This document shows, piece by piece, positions 53,149-64,000 of a stretch of 64,000 bases of DNA (the stretch's first letter is position 1; each line of letters opens with the position of its first letter). The notes under the pieces are model-generated. The model was given only the letters and a program-made list of their open reading frames with translations. It ran no database searches and had not been told where the DNA came from. The stretch spans positions 284,890,001 to 284,954,000 of the forward strand of contig CM097883.1 in NCBI GenBank assembly GCA_044892505.1, given 5' to 3'. Made by a program: the position numbers and the translations under genes. Source of the stretch: Schmidtea nova. Taxonomy: Eukaryota.

Positions 53149-54225
53149 GAGAAGAAGAACGCGCGTTCCACGTGCGTTCAATGCGTACTGTTATTTGTCT
53201 TAAACAACAAGAGGAGAAGAACGCGCGTTTTACGCGCGTTCAATGCGTACTGTGATCCTTATTAAACACTAAGATACGTGTGCAAAAATTATTATTACAA
53301 GTTTTATTAGTCTTTGTTTCGTTGCACATGGATTGCAATGTCTTTTTTTCGTTGCACATGGATTGCAATGTCTTTGTTGTAATTCAGGTAGGAAATAGAA
53401 AAAATTATAACACACACACACACCATAATTACCTTTCGAATGATATGTATATTATAAAATTTGAATAAGGATTTGTAACACACACTCGTCTGGCAAATTG
53501 TAACACACACACACACACTCATCTCACAATTATCTTTTGTTTGATATACATATTATATAGTTTTTAAAATTTGAACCTTGGACCCTTTAAGGGTATGACC
53601 ATTGTGTGCACCCTTCAATTACCTTTTGTTTGATACATATATTATATAGTTTTTAAAATTTTGAGTCTTGGACCCTTCAAGGGTTGACCACCCACCTTCG
53701 AGGGTTGACCATCATACTCAAATCTCAATTACCTTTTGTTTGATATATAAATTGTAATGTTTAAAAATATTTGAAGGATTTTGACCCCTTGAAGGTTGAG
53801 CACACACCATACACCTTCGAAGGTATGACCATTGTGTGCACATCGGTATTACCTTTCGAATGATGTATTACACACAAGGTTTGAAAAATCTGAAGGTTTT
53901 TGACCCTTTGAAGGTTAAGGACACACCATAGACCCTCGAGGGTATGACCATTGTGTGCACCTCTCAAAGACCTTTCGAATGATACCCTTGTTTGAAGGTT
54001 TGACCTTATTTGACCTTTGGAAATTCAAATTTAAAATTTGAATTTGAAATGAGTCATCGGTGACGTCATAAAATTCAAATTTGAAATGAGTCATCGATGA
54101 GTCATGCCGATGAGTCATCGATGACGTCATCGTTGAGTCATAAAAATTTTCTTACCCCCCTCCCCCGGGGGGTGACGTCATTTCCTTTGTTCGGCGATGA
54201 CTCATGCTCCACATAACTGCCTACT
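53149..54225 (-). repeat. Right TIR of the host Polinton
   Basis: Highly similar to 42119-43183, with small differences such as a ~25-bp duplication near 53320-53370. Confidence 0.9.
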
Positions 54226-55378
54226 CTTATTACAACATTTCGTGAGGAATAGCACTAATGTATAATTCCTAAAATTTAACAATCACTGACCACTGAGTTG
54301 TATTCAACAATCAACAAATTTTATTTCGGTTGTTCTCTTGCTCTGACTTGGAAATTTGTTCAATAGATTTCGATTCTTCTCTTGTTCGATTAATTCTTGT
54401 TTTTCTACGTTAAATTTAATCTCCTCAAATTCATGTTTTCTAATAATTTAATTTTAATTGACTCAATAAGTTTCTTTTCAATCTATTCTATTACAATTTT
54501 CATTTCTCCAATTTCTCTAATCTAAATTCTCCAATATTAACTCTTAACTGACTTCTCTCCAAATTTGAATTCTCTCCAATTTGAATTCTAATTCATCTAC
54601 TGTGGCTTCTCCCTTTTATGGCACATCATTCTCTAGTACTTGAAATTATTTTTGTTTTTCCCATTTATTTGCCTCCACAGCATACTATATTCTTCTTTCA
54701 TGGCTCTTGTATTATCTCTTACAGCTGTCGAGATATGTCATTCTTTTTCTTTTCCCACTTTTCCTCCACACTCCTGATATTTCTGTCAGGCTGTAAAGAT
54801 ATGAATTTTTTTCTTGTTTTTGTTTTCCAATTTTGTAAATTCTTTTTCCTTTTTCCTTTTGCACTTATTAATTATGTATTAACTTTTCTTTCTTTATTGT
54901 TCGATTTCTTTTATTTTGATAATAATTTCTGATTTCTCCATTTTATTGCTTTTGCCTCTACTTTTCCAAGTACCAGAACATCGTCTCGTTTACTCTGTCA
55001 ATCCCCCCCAATTATTTTATTTATTTATGATATTATTTAATTTTATTATTTAGGTATCCTCAACACTTTGAATTATTTAGTGGTATTGTATATTTTTAAT
55101 TAACTTTCATTTGCGTGTGTATTTTCAAGACATTTTAACAAATCAAAAATTTGACTTCTGTCAACACAAGAAAATGAGAAAAAAAGTTAAAGATCAATGT
55201 GATCGAATACAGATTTTATAAAAATCAATGATCAATAGTGAGTGTACTAAAAGAAGAGTTAAATAGTTAAATAGAGTTAAAGAGTTAATAATTTGTTGAG
55301 TTATTTATTAAGTTTTATATAATTTTTAAATAATTTTTATTTAGTTTTTGAAATTAAATAGGTTTACTAGTAATTTTT

Positions 55379-55701
55379 CCATGCTTTATATAAGGTTGCT
55401 TTCTATATATATGTGTGTGCCACAAAATTACAAATCAATTTTTTAGTGCTTTTCTCTCAACCGATTCACTTCAAATTTTGCACACTTGCTCACTTCCGGT
55501 GACAATACATGGAAATTGATAAATTTGACCAAAAAAAGTTAATTAAGTTAACTAAATAACAATTTGAATTTCCCCATACATTTAACAATGGACGAGAGGT
55601 AAATGTGTTGGTGTCTTCAGAGAAATTTTGCGTGTAAATGTAATATAAATTGCAAAAAAAAATTTCTCAGCCAAGTGGAGTTCTGCTCGCATAAAGCATG
55701 G
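55379..55701. mobile_element. Possible MITE with an 11-bp TIR (CCATGCTTTAT)
   Basis: Inverted 11-mer at both ends of a segment that interrupts the arm homology; no TSD found. Confidence 0.35.
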
Positions 55702-56056
55702 ATTTGAAAAAAGAATTTTTTTTTGATTTACTAGTTATAAAGTTTTAAATATGTTTTATTTAATTTTTTAAATTAAATAGGTTTAATAGTAATTTTTATA
55801 AATAAAGACAATTTCAATAATAAATACACATGCATCAATTAATTACAACAAAGACATGCATTACATAACCAGTTTCAACAATATAATCATACATGTAATA
55901 TTTACACACGACAAAGACATGTAACAAAGACATACCTGCAACGACATGCTTGCAACAAAGACATATATGAAGACATGCATAACATGTGCAGTTAGAATTC
56001 GTCATTTTGATTGGACAAAGACATTACTCATCACTATAAATACAAAGACAATCTTA

Positions 56057-57263
56057 CAGACCTATCGAGAATTATAAAAAATTTATTTAATGTTATAAAA
56101 AATTTATCTATAATTATAAATAATTTATCGAAGGTTATAAATAATTTATCTATAATTATAAATAAATTATTAAATTTAGCAATAAAGAATTATATTTTCT
56201 AAACCATATGGAAACGCTAGAAACCGCATCCGCACCTTCTAATCTTAACAGAAAGACAAGAAGATCAATTACTAAGGAAATGCTTGAAATCATAAAGGAT
56301 ATGGTAAATGAAGGCGATTCCATACAAAAAATTTCCAGAGTAATGAAAATATCTGTTTCTGCTACCTATAAATGGGTGGCAATGTTGAAGGACATTGAAA
56401 TTGAAAACGTGCAACTCAATGGTTTATTTAAAGCACCCGGCCCAAAACCTTTAGATTTTACTGAAAAGGTTTTAAAAGTTGGGGAATGCATACAGAACGA
56501 TCCTACTTTTACTCAAAAGGGATTATAGAAGCCTTGGCGCTAGATCAAGTTAATATTAGCCAATTAGTTAATATTAGTTAATATTAGTTAATATTAGCCT
56601 TTACTCTCGTTCCAGCAAATAGGGGAAGAAATGTTAGCTTGCTTGCAATAATTTCCTCAGAAAAAATAATTCATCAAAAGATTTTATCAGGTTCATTTAA
56701 TACTATAATTTCTTTAGAATTTTTACAAGAATGTTATGATTTAAATATATTTACAAAAGGAAAAAGGTTAATTATGGACAATGTTAAATTTAATAGGTCC
56801 GCTGCTGTTCAAAATTGGTTTTCGGACAACAATATAGTACATGACTACCTTCTTCCGTACAGCCTATCGAAAGAGGTATTTTCTTCTTCAAAAAACAAAT
56901 ATCATGGAATAAGACCGCTCGCTCAAAATTCGAATCAAATTATGGGCTATATTGAAAGGGCGATTGATTGTATGAATGGTGAAAATAGTGTATGTTTTGC
57001 GAATTACTTTAGAAATCTGCGAAGATATCTAGAGCTAGCATTCTCCGAGGGGGATTTTAATAGTATTTAAAATAAAGTATTCGTTACTTTGTTTAATAAA
57101 GTTATTTAAACATTTTAATTTATGTCCCGCCATTGAATATAGCAATTATTTTTTAGAATTTAATTATTAAAAAATATAATAATATAATTTAATAATTTAT
57201 TTATAATTATAGATAATTTATTTATAACATTAAATAAATTATTTATAATTCTCGATAGGTCTG
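56057..57263 (+). mobile_element. Tc1/mariner-IS630 superfamily transposon with a broken transposase
   Basis: TIRs begin CAGACCTATCGAGAATTATAAA (~70 bp), with TA on both sides. HTH-like ORF 56208-56528; DDE-like ORF 56639-57070 (LIMDNV, YLLPYS). Confidence 0.85.
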
Positions 57264-57288
57264 TAAGATATTATCACAATTTCAAAAA

Positions 57289-57653
57289 TGCCAGCACCTA
57301 AATCAACTTATGACATTAGTGAAGAATGAAAAATAAATAATGAAATGAAACGGGTTTAAATGTATTACGATTACAAAATTTATTTCTTGGTACAAGAAAT
57401 ACCGTTTCGATTGTCGTATCCAGGGAAATTAACAAAGTCTTTGTATGACAATTTAGCTGTAAATCAAAGTAAAGAGGATGTTGATGCACCAACTAAAGTT
57501 TTATTCAAAATCAATAACAATTTAAGTTGCAAGGAAACTATATGGATCAACAACCGAAAAACCCGTTTCCATGATGCTTTCCAATCTATCAAATACAAGG
57601 ATCAAGAAAATTGGTTTATTACCATAATCATTTAGGGATATAAAATCGATACA
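57289..57653 (+). pseudogene. ORF138 homologue with premature stops
   Basis: MPAPKSTYDISEE* ... YYDYKIYFLVQEIPFRLSYP..., clearly alignable to 12800-13216. Confidence 0.85.
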
Positions 57654-60460
57654 NNNNNNNNNNNNNNNNNNNNNNNNNNNNNNNNNNNNNNNNNNNNNNN
57701 NNNNNNNNNNNNNNNNNNNNNNNNNNNNNNNNNNNNNNNNNNNNNNNNNNNNNNNNNNNNNNNNNNNNNNNNNNNNNNNNNNNNNNNNNNNNNNNNNNNN
57801 NNNNNNNNNNNNNNNNNNNNNNNNNNNNNNNNNNNNNNNNNNNNNNNNNNNNNNNNNNNNNNNNNNNNNNNNNNNNNNNNNNNNNNNNNNNNNNNNNNCG
57901 GAGTTACAACGCGCGTTGAATGCGTACTGTTACTTGTCTTAAACACACACAAGGAAAACACAACTCGCATTTCACATGCGTTGAATGCGTACTGTTATTT
58001 GTCTTAAACACACACACCATCTCTCATACTCATCTGTCAATTACCTTTTGATTGATATAGATATTATATAGTTTTAAAAATTTGAAAATTGGATCCTTCA
58101 AGGGTGTGACCTTCAAACTCACCATCAAAAGTCCTTTTGAATGATATGTATATTATAAGGTTTGAAAAGATTTGAAGGTTTTGCACCCCTTGAAGGTTTT
58201 TGACCCACTATATACCGAGTGTATGACCATTATACTTAGCTCTCAACTACCTTTCGAATGATATATAACTTGTAAGGTTTGAAATTGTTTTAAGGTTTTG
58301 TACCCTTTGTGGGTTGAGCACTCACCATAGACCTTCAAGGGTATGACCATCATACTTACCTCTCAATGACATTTCAAATGATATGTATATTATACGGATT
58401 GAAAAAGGTTGAAGGTTTTTGACCCTTTGAGGGTTGAGCACCCATCATAAACCTTCAAGGGTATGACCATCATACTAACCTCTTAATTACCTTTCGAATG
58501 ATATGTATATTATAAGGATGGAAAAAGGTTGAAGGTATTTGACCCTTTGAAGGTTCAGGACCCACCATAAACCTTCGAGGGTATGCCCATTGTATATACC
58601 TCTCCAAGACCTTTCAAATGATACACTTGTTTGAAGTTTTGACCTTATTAGACCTTTGGAAATTTAAATTTAAAATTTGAATTTGAAATGAGTCATCGAT
58701 GAGTCATTGGGGGTGGGTGACTCATTGTCTTTGTTATGAGTCAACGATGATTCATTGTCTTTGTTTAAGTATGACTCATGGTGGACACTTCTGTCTACTT
58801 ACATAAATATATACGTATTATATTTAAAAGTACAAGAATTTAAATTTAAAGCACCTAACCTTAAATTTAGTTAAGAGCCTAAATAATTAAAAAATTAATT
58901 AAAATCAAAAATCAATATTTTCCAGGTTAAAAAGTACGATCGAGTAGCAATTAAAAGTTTACATTCTAATATAATAATTTAAAATTAATGGGATCCCATG
59001 TAATAATAATGCAAAATAGAGTATTAATGAATTAACTTTTCAAAAAGTTGTTGATACTCCTATGAGGAAAACAAATTGCCGAATGTGTCAAGCAGCCTGT
59101 CAGATTGGGGCTAGAAAATGGAGTAATAATTGTAATTATATTTTCTGTAGATCTAGCGTTTCATGGAAACAGCATTGAAATAGTCATCGTCAGAAAATCC
59201 CATTGACTCGCTGGAGTTAAATCAATAATTGGGTTTTATTCCAAGTAGTAGAAAAGGGAGACAACAAATAGACTAACACCAGATATTACACCAATCTTGT
59301 CAAAAATACAATAAATTACAAATTATAAGTATATTTCGATTAAACAGTAAGCTTGCCAGAAAACAGTTACATTAAGATGCGACTATATTGAGGCATTATC
59401 CAGGGGTTGGGTAAATAGAATCAGGAAACCATTTCTAGAAATAGTATTTATTGATTATTCAGTGCATTAAATAAATTTTGATGTGGATGAAATTTAGTTA
59501 TCGTTAGTTTTATTTACAACTTAACTCATGGTAATTTTATTTAGAAATATTATACTTTTAAATTAATTGTAGAATTTCATTAATATCGAAATTTATTATA
59601 ATTATAATTAATCAACTTTAAAAAATATTAAATATTGTAAAAGAATTTAATTCATTTTAATAAACAAATTGTTTTTCGTTTTCAACTCATTAAATTTGAA
59701 TGTTACTATTCATTCAGTTACCATAACCTTGATAAATTTATGAATTTACTACAACTGAACGCATTTATGGTGCCATAGCGACTATATGGTGACTACGTTG
59801 GAACTGTGCATAGTGGTCTGAGAAACATTTAGTAGGTGATCTTCGTTAATACAACTACTCCTCATTGCATCCTACATGGTTGTCAAAAGAAAATCTAAGC
59901 TTTCCAGAACATACTCGATCGTTGAATTGAGTTTATTCCAAAAGGTAATATATCACTGTCTAGCACTTACACCGACGAATGTGCAAAATATTTGCGAGGC
60001 GTTCCTCTATTATTTAAGTTATGATTTGGAATTTGCTATGTAAATTCAGAGCTTTTTTTACGGCACGCACCGGTACGGCGTACCGGCACCTTTTTCAACT
60101 TATAAAAAATAAAATATAATTAATTGTAACTAATAGTAAAATTAATAGTAATTAATTAATAGTAATTAATAGTAACTTTTAAGAGTACATTTAATTCATA
60201 TTTCCACATAGAAACAAGCACATGCCACCAAAACGAGTCCAGACAGCCTTAATTTATAAGCAAACTCTTAATAAGACGTCATTAATTGATAACTCATTGC
60301 CGGCCATTTGTTTAAAATTAATGGGATCCCATGTAATAATATGCACAGAAGACTAAAAGCAAGTTAAAAAATTAAAACTTACAAAATTAAAATTTATAAT
60401 TAATTCTAAATATCGCAAAAATGATGGCCTATTATTAATAAAAACATGAAAACGCCAAAC

Positions 60461-60505
60461 AATAGAAATATATTTCAAGGACATAGTCCTCATCATCAGT
60501 CTGCC
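60461..60505 (-). ncRNA. Minimal type I hammerhead ribozyme motif of a Penelope-like element
   Basis: GGCAGA-CTGATGA-T-GAGGAC(TAT)GTCCTT-GAAA-TATA-TT-TCTATT, about 65 nt downstream of the GIY-YIG stop. Confidence 0.6.
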
Positions 60506-60570
60506 ATCATAATCTAAATCAAATGCTATATACGGAAACAGTAATGACGTAATGGCCATGATTTAATGAG

Positions 60571-61110
60571 TTAATTAAATAATTTCAATAAATTCGTTGC
60601 TGATTGAATATTAATTGTAGGGGATTGTGATTTAATCACCAACGCCTCACATAAAATTCTTTCCCATTTATTATTAAAGTTTTTAAATATAATTTTAAAA
60701 TCTTTTAAATCAGTTTCTCCTATACACATTTTTCTATGCTCAATAATATTACTCACACCTTTCAATCGGCTATGTTCCTGAACCCGTGTGCGGAGATGAC
60801 GGGAAGTCTCTCCAATGTATGTGGCATTGCACCCATTACAAGAAAACTTATACACTAGATCAAAAACTAAACCTATTGGGGTTTGAGATTTATTACTAAA
60901 CATATTTACTGATTTTAAAGACTTTGACACTATGGTAAATATGTTAGAATTTCCTAAGGATTTCATTATAGAACACTTAAAGTTTTTAAAACCTTCCGAA
61001 TATGGAATTACTAAAACGTGCGTTTTTAAATGTTCACTATCATTAGATGGACTGCCATTTCCAATGCTTTCTTGAGCCTGATGAAAGCATTGGAAATGGT
61101 AGTAATGGTA
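60571..61110 (-). mobile_element. 5'-truncated Penelope-like element fragment encoding a GIY-YIG endonuclease
   Basis: LVYKFSCNGCNATYIGETSRHLRTRVQEH...IIEH...FKII...ERILCEALVI...PTIN. Confidence 0.85.
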
Positions 61111-64000
61111 GTTTACTCTATCTATAACGTTCTCGTTGATATTTAGCCAATAGTATCTTTCTTTGGCTGCTCTCGTGGTTCTTTCAATGCTGACATGTCC
61201 CGATTCCCGATGTAACTCGTCAATATATATATATATATATATATATATTTCTTTCTTCTTCTGGTAGTATTTTCCCATGTCCTTCTGCTTTCTTAATCAT
61301 AAGATTTTCTTCGCTGACATACATAAGCTCCGCTTTTCTCCATAGTTCTAAGTGTTTCCGGTTTTGTTCTTTTCTCCCTTGCTGTATCCAATCGATTATT
61401 TGCCTAACTTCTGAATCCGTCTTCGTATTTATTTGACATATAATTATTTCTGACTTGTTCTCTTCTGTAGAATTGTTTTCTTCCTCGTAAACTTTAACAT
61501 TTCGTTTCTTTCTTGGGTCCGCGTGTTTCAGTCGGCATTGTTCGCATGGTGTAATTCTTGACAATGCATCCGCATTGCAATGGTCTTTCCCTTTTCTAAA
61601 TTCCACTTTCATGTCATATATTTCTAGTTCTGCTTTCCATACACAATATTGAGAGGTATTTGGACTACTCCAATCTAATAACCATTTAAGTGCTTGATGA
61701 TCTGTTCTTACTGTGAACTTTTTACCTACTAAATAATACTTGTATTTTAAAACAAATGTGTAAATTGCCAAAAGTTCCTTGCGTGTGATACAGTATTTCC
61801 TCTGCGTTTTCGTCATAGTCTTCGATCCATACGCAATAACTCTCTCCTTCCCATCTTGGATTTGAGACAGGACGGCCCCTATTGAATCGTTAGACGCGTC
61901 TGTGTCTAAAACGTAGTATCCATCTGTAGTTGGTAATGCTAATATTGGTGGTGATAGTAAAGCCTGTCTTAATCTCTCGAACGATCCTTGTCTTTCCTCC
62001 GTCCATTCAAATTTGTTTTCTGTTCTAAGCATTTCGTTTAAAGGTTCTGTCGTCTTAGAGTAGTCTTTAATGAAGTTTCTGTAATATCCCGTCATCCCTA
62101 GAAATGTTCTTAGCTCTTTCTGACACATTGGCTTCTTATATTCTCTTATCGCTTTGGTTTTGTCTGGGTCCGTCTGTACTCCTTCTTCGTTTATAATGTG
62201 TCCCAAATATCTTACCTCGTTTTTTAGCAAGTGGAATTTCTCCGGTGATAACTTTAGTCCCCCTTCTCTCATCTTCTGTAGTACTCTATCTAATCTTTCG
62301 TTATGTTCTTCAATTGTTTTCCCGAATACCAGAATATCGTCCAAATATATCACACAGTTAGTCCAGTTCTCTCCTCTTAAGACTACGTTCATTATTCTTT
62401 GAAATGTTGCTGGTGCGGCACACAATCCGAATGGCATTCTTGTGAACTCGTATTGGCCGAATCTCGTGCTGAATGCTGTTTTCCTTATATCCTCTTCTGC
62501 GATTGTAATTTGATAGTATCCACTGGACATATATAATGTGGAAAAGAATTTCGCGTTTCCGATCGTATCAAAGACTTCGTTTGTTGATGGTTTGCTCTTT
62601 CTGTTTTTGCATTTAAAGCTCTGTAGTCGATGCACATTCTCATGTCCCCATTCTTTTTTTTTGTTACCACTATGGGAAAGTTCCATGGTGAATTGCTTTC
62701 TCTAATAATTCCCGCTTCTTCCAATTCTGTGATGTATCTTCTCACATCTTCCTCCAATCCCCTTGGTATCCTTCTATGTTTGAATGCTATCGGTGTTGTT
62801 TTCCCCGTTTCTATAGTGTGTTGTCCCACATTTGTCTTCCCAATATCAATTTTGTAACTACTGAATACATCTTTGTTCCGCCATAAAATTTGTGAAATCT
62901 TCTGTTTTTCTGATTTTGTTAATCTATCGTCTAGCTTGTTTATCAACCCTTTCACAATTTTGTCTATACTTCTCTTTTCTTTGTTTTGGTCGATTGTTGA
63001 CAATTTCATCAATGTGTTATTTTTTCCCTCCTTGTCCGTCCATTCTTCCGCTTCTCCCAGTGTTGTTCCTGTATGTAGACTTTTCACTCCTCCTTCCTGC
63101 ATATTAATTTGGACCCAAATCAATCCCTCGGAACATGTTGCTAGTCCGTCTGCTACCAGTATACCTCTTTCCTCCATCTTGTTCTTGTTTCCTGTAAATA
63201 AACAATTAGTTACGTCTTCCTTTATCCTCTCGTTCTCCTTATCTACTATCATCCCTTTGATCCAATACTCTCCCTCTCCTTTCAATGTCACATTTTCTGC
63301 TAACACTACTTTTCTCGTTTCTTCTTCCGTCCCCTTAACTAGTCTTCCCACTCCTGGACGCCTGGGAGTGGTCTTTAACAGTTTTAAGACGATGGTATCG
63401 ATGTCTTGGATAGAAATGGAATTTGAATACCCTTTACCTCGATACAGTCTTCTGCTGGTTTCATTATTACTCCCAGTTCTTTCATGCATCTGAGTCCGAT
63501 ATACGCATGTGGGAATACCCCGTTCATTATTTCGAATTTGTGTTTGGTCATCCTTGGACCCAAATTCAGTGATAATACTAATTGTCCTCGGCTTTTTCCT
63601 TTACTTCCATCAGCGTACGCTACTCTAACGTTTGAATCCCTGATTTCTATTGTCGAATCTCGTTGAATTGTTTTCTCTGCCAGTTCCTCGCTAATGACAT
63701 TCAGATCTGCTCCCGTATCGAATAGTGCTTTAACTTCTTCTCCTTGGATTTTGCAACAAATGATTGGCTTGTTGGTTGCCCTTTCCGATCGTCTTTGTGA
63801 TATTACTGTTGTGGCTTTTTTAAATATTTTTTTCCTTTGGTTTGTCGCCATTACCTCCGATAAACTGTGCCCACTTCTCTTCCATTGTTAGCTTACTTTT
63901 CTTTGTCTTCTTTTCTTTTTGTGTAATCGTTTTCATAATTCGTTCTGATTGGTCGTCTTCTTCGTATTCGCTATCTGAACTTGTGACTTGTACGGATACT
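61111..64000 (-). pseudogene. pol: Second Ty3/Gypsy pol (protease, RT, RNase H, start of integrase), frameshifted and truncated
   Basis: LFDTGAD, SPWNFP...CIDYRALN, YLDD, DTDAS, LHRESGH...RYYW. Shifts near 63400, near 62590 and at the (TA)n run 61223-61248. Confidence 0.9.

Larger units (their letters stand above)
1..54225 (+). mobile_element. Polinton/Maverick (left end outside the window), carrying the 43-kb nested insertion
   Basis: Integrase, penton, core, major capsid, protease, pPolB and a right TIR ending CTGCCTACT. The next 6 bp (CTTATT) predict the TSD at the unseen left end. Confidence 0.9.
55290..58799 (+). mobile_element. Decayed, truncated relative of the foldback family (arm segment plus a divergent TIR ending CTGTCTACT)
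   Basis: 55290-56050 aligns with ~12360-12790; ORF138 pseudogene; TIR-like sub-repeats at 57899-58799 with an AGTAG terminus. Confidence 0.7.

Noticed and set aside
54240-55012. A-rich minus-strand coiled-coil-like frame after a G-rich PBS-like run
   Set aside because: Many stops, no diagnostic motif and no LTR identified; it may be a decayed retroelement but cannot be supported.
59139-59200. Second hammerhead-like motif (CTGACGA...GAAAC, minus strand)
   Set aside because: No convincing stem II, and the conserved U of the cleavage triplet is missing; at most a decayed copy.
60047-60090. CAGAGCTTTTTT...CCGGTAC-GGC-GTACCGG hairpin resembling a hAT/MITE end
   Set aside because: No partner terminus or TSD found in the window.
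60571-61278. A genuine integrase zinc finger-GIY-YIG fusion protein (235 aa)
   Set aside because: The start comes from an out-of-frame RT/RNase H region through a (TA)n expansion, the zinc finger lacks its Cys pair, and the junction looks like an insertion breakpoint.

Overview
AT-rich eukaryotic DNA with short GT-AG introns, made almost entirely of nested mobile elements. A planarian flatworm origin is plausible but is inference only. (1) A Polinton/Maverick runs from before base 1 to its right TIR end at 54225, with integrase, penton, core protein, major capsid, protease and pPolB. (2) Its integrase gene is split in frame by a 43-kb insertion (152-43183, 6-bp TSD AACACA) that carries nearly the same AGTAG-terminal TIRs. 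Removing the retroelement inside it leaves a ~14.5-kb foldback: two ~6.8-kb inverted arms around an 813-bp loop, with no replication or capsid genes. It looks like a snap-back, defective-interfering Polinton satellite. (3) One arm holds a 28.6-kb Ty3/Gypsy-type LTR element (13242-41794) with 3340-bp near-identical LTRs, TSD ATTC and a tRNA-Pro PBS. Its ORFs join into one ~5,130-codon polyprotein: Gag, ubiquitin-like domains, Bcl-2-like domain, class III envelope glycoprotein, protease, RT/RNase H, integrase, ankyrin repeats and an FN3 membrane protein. It also carries separate TRAF, IAP-type RING and LTR-encoded genes. (4) After 54225 lie a decayed relative of the foldback with a Tc1/mariner insertion, a Penelope GIY-YIG fragment with a hammerhead ribozyme motif, and a second, broken Gypsy pol. 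All protein family calls come from motifs read by eye; no database searches were run.
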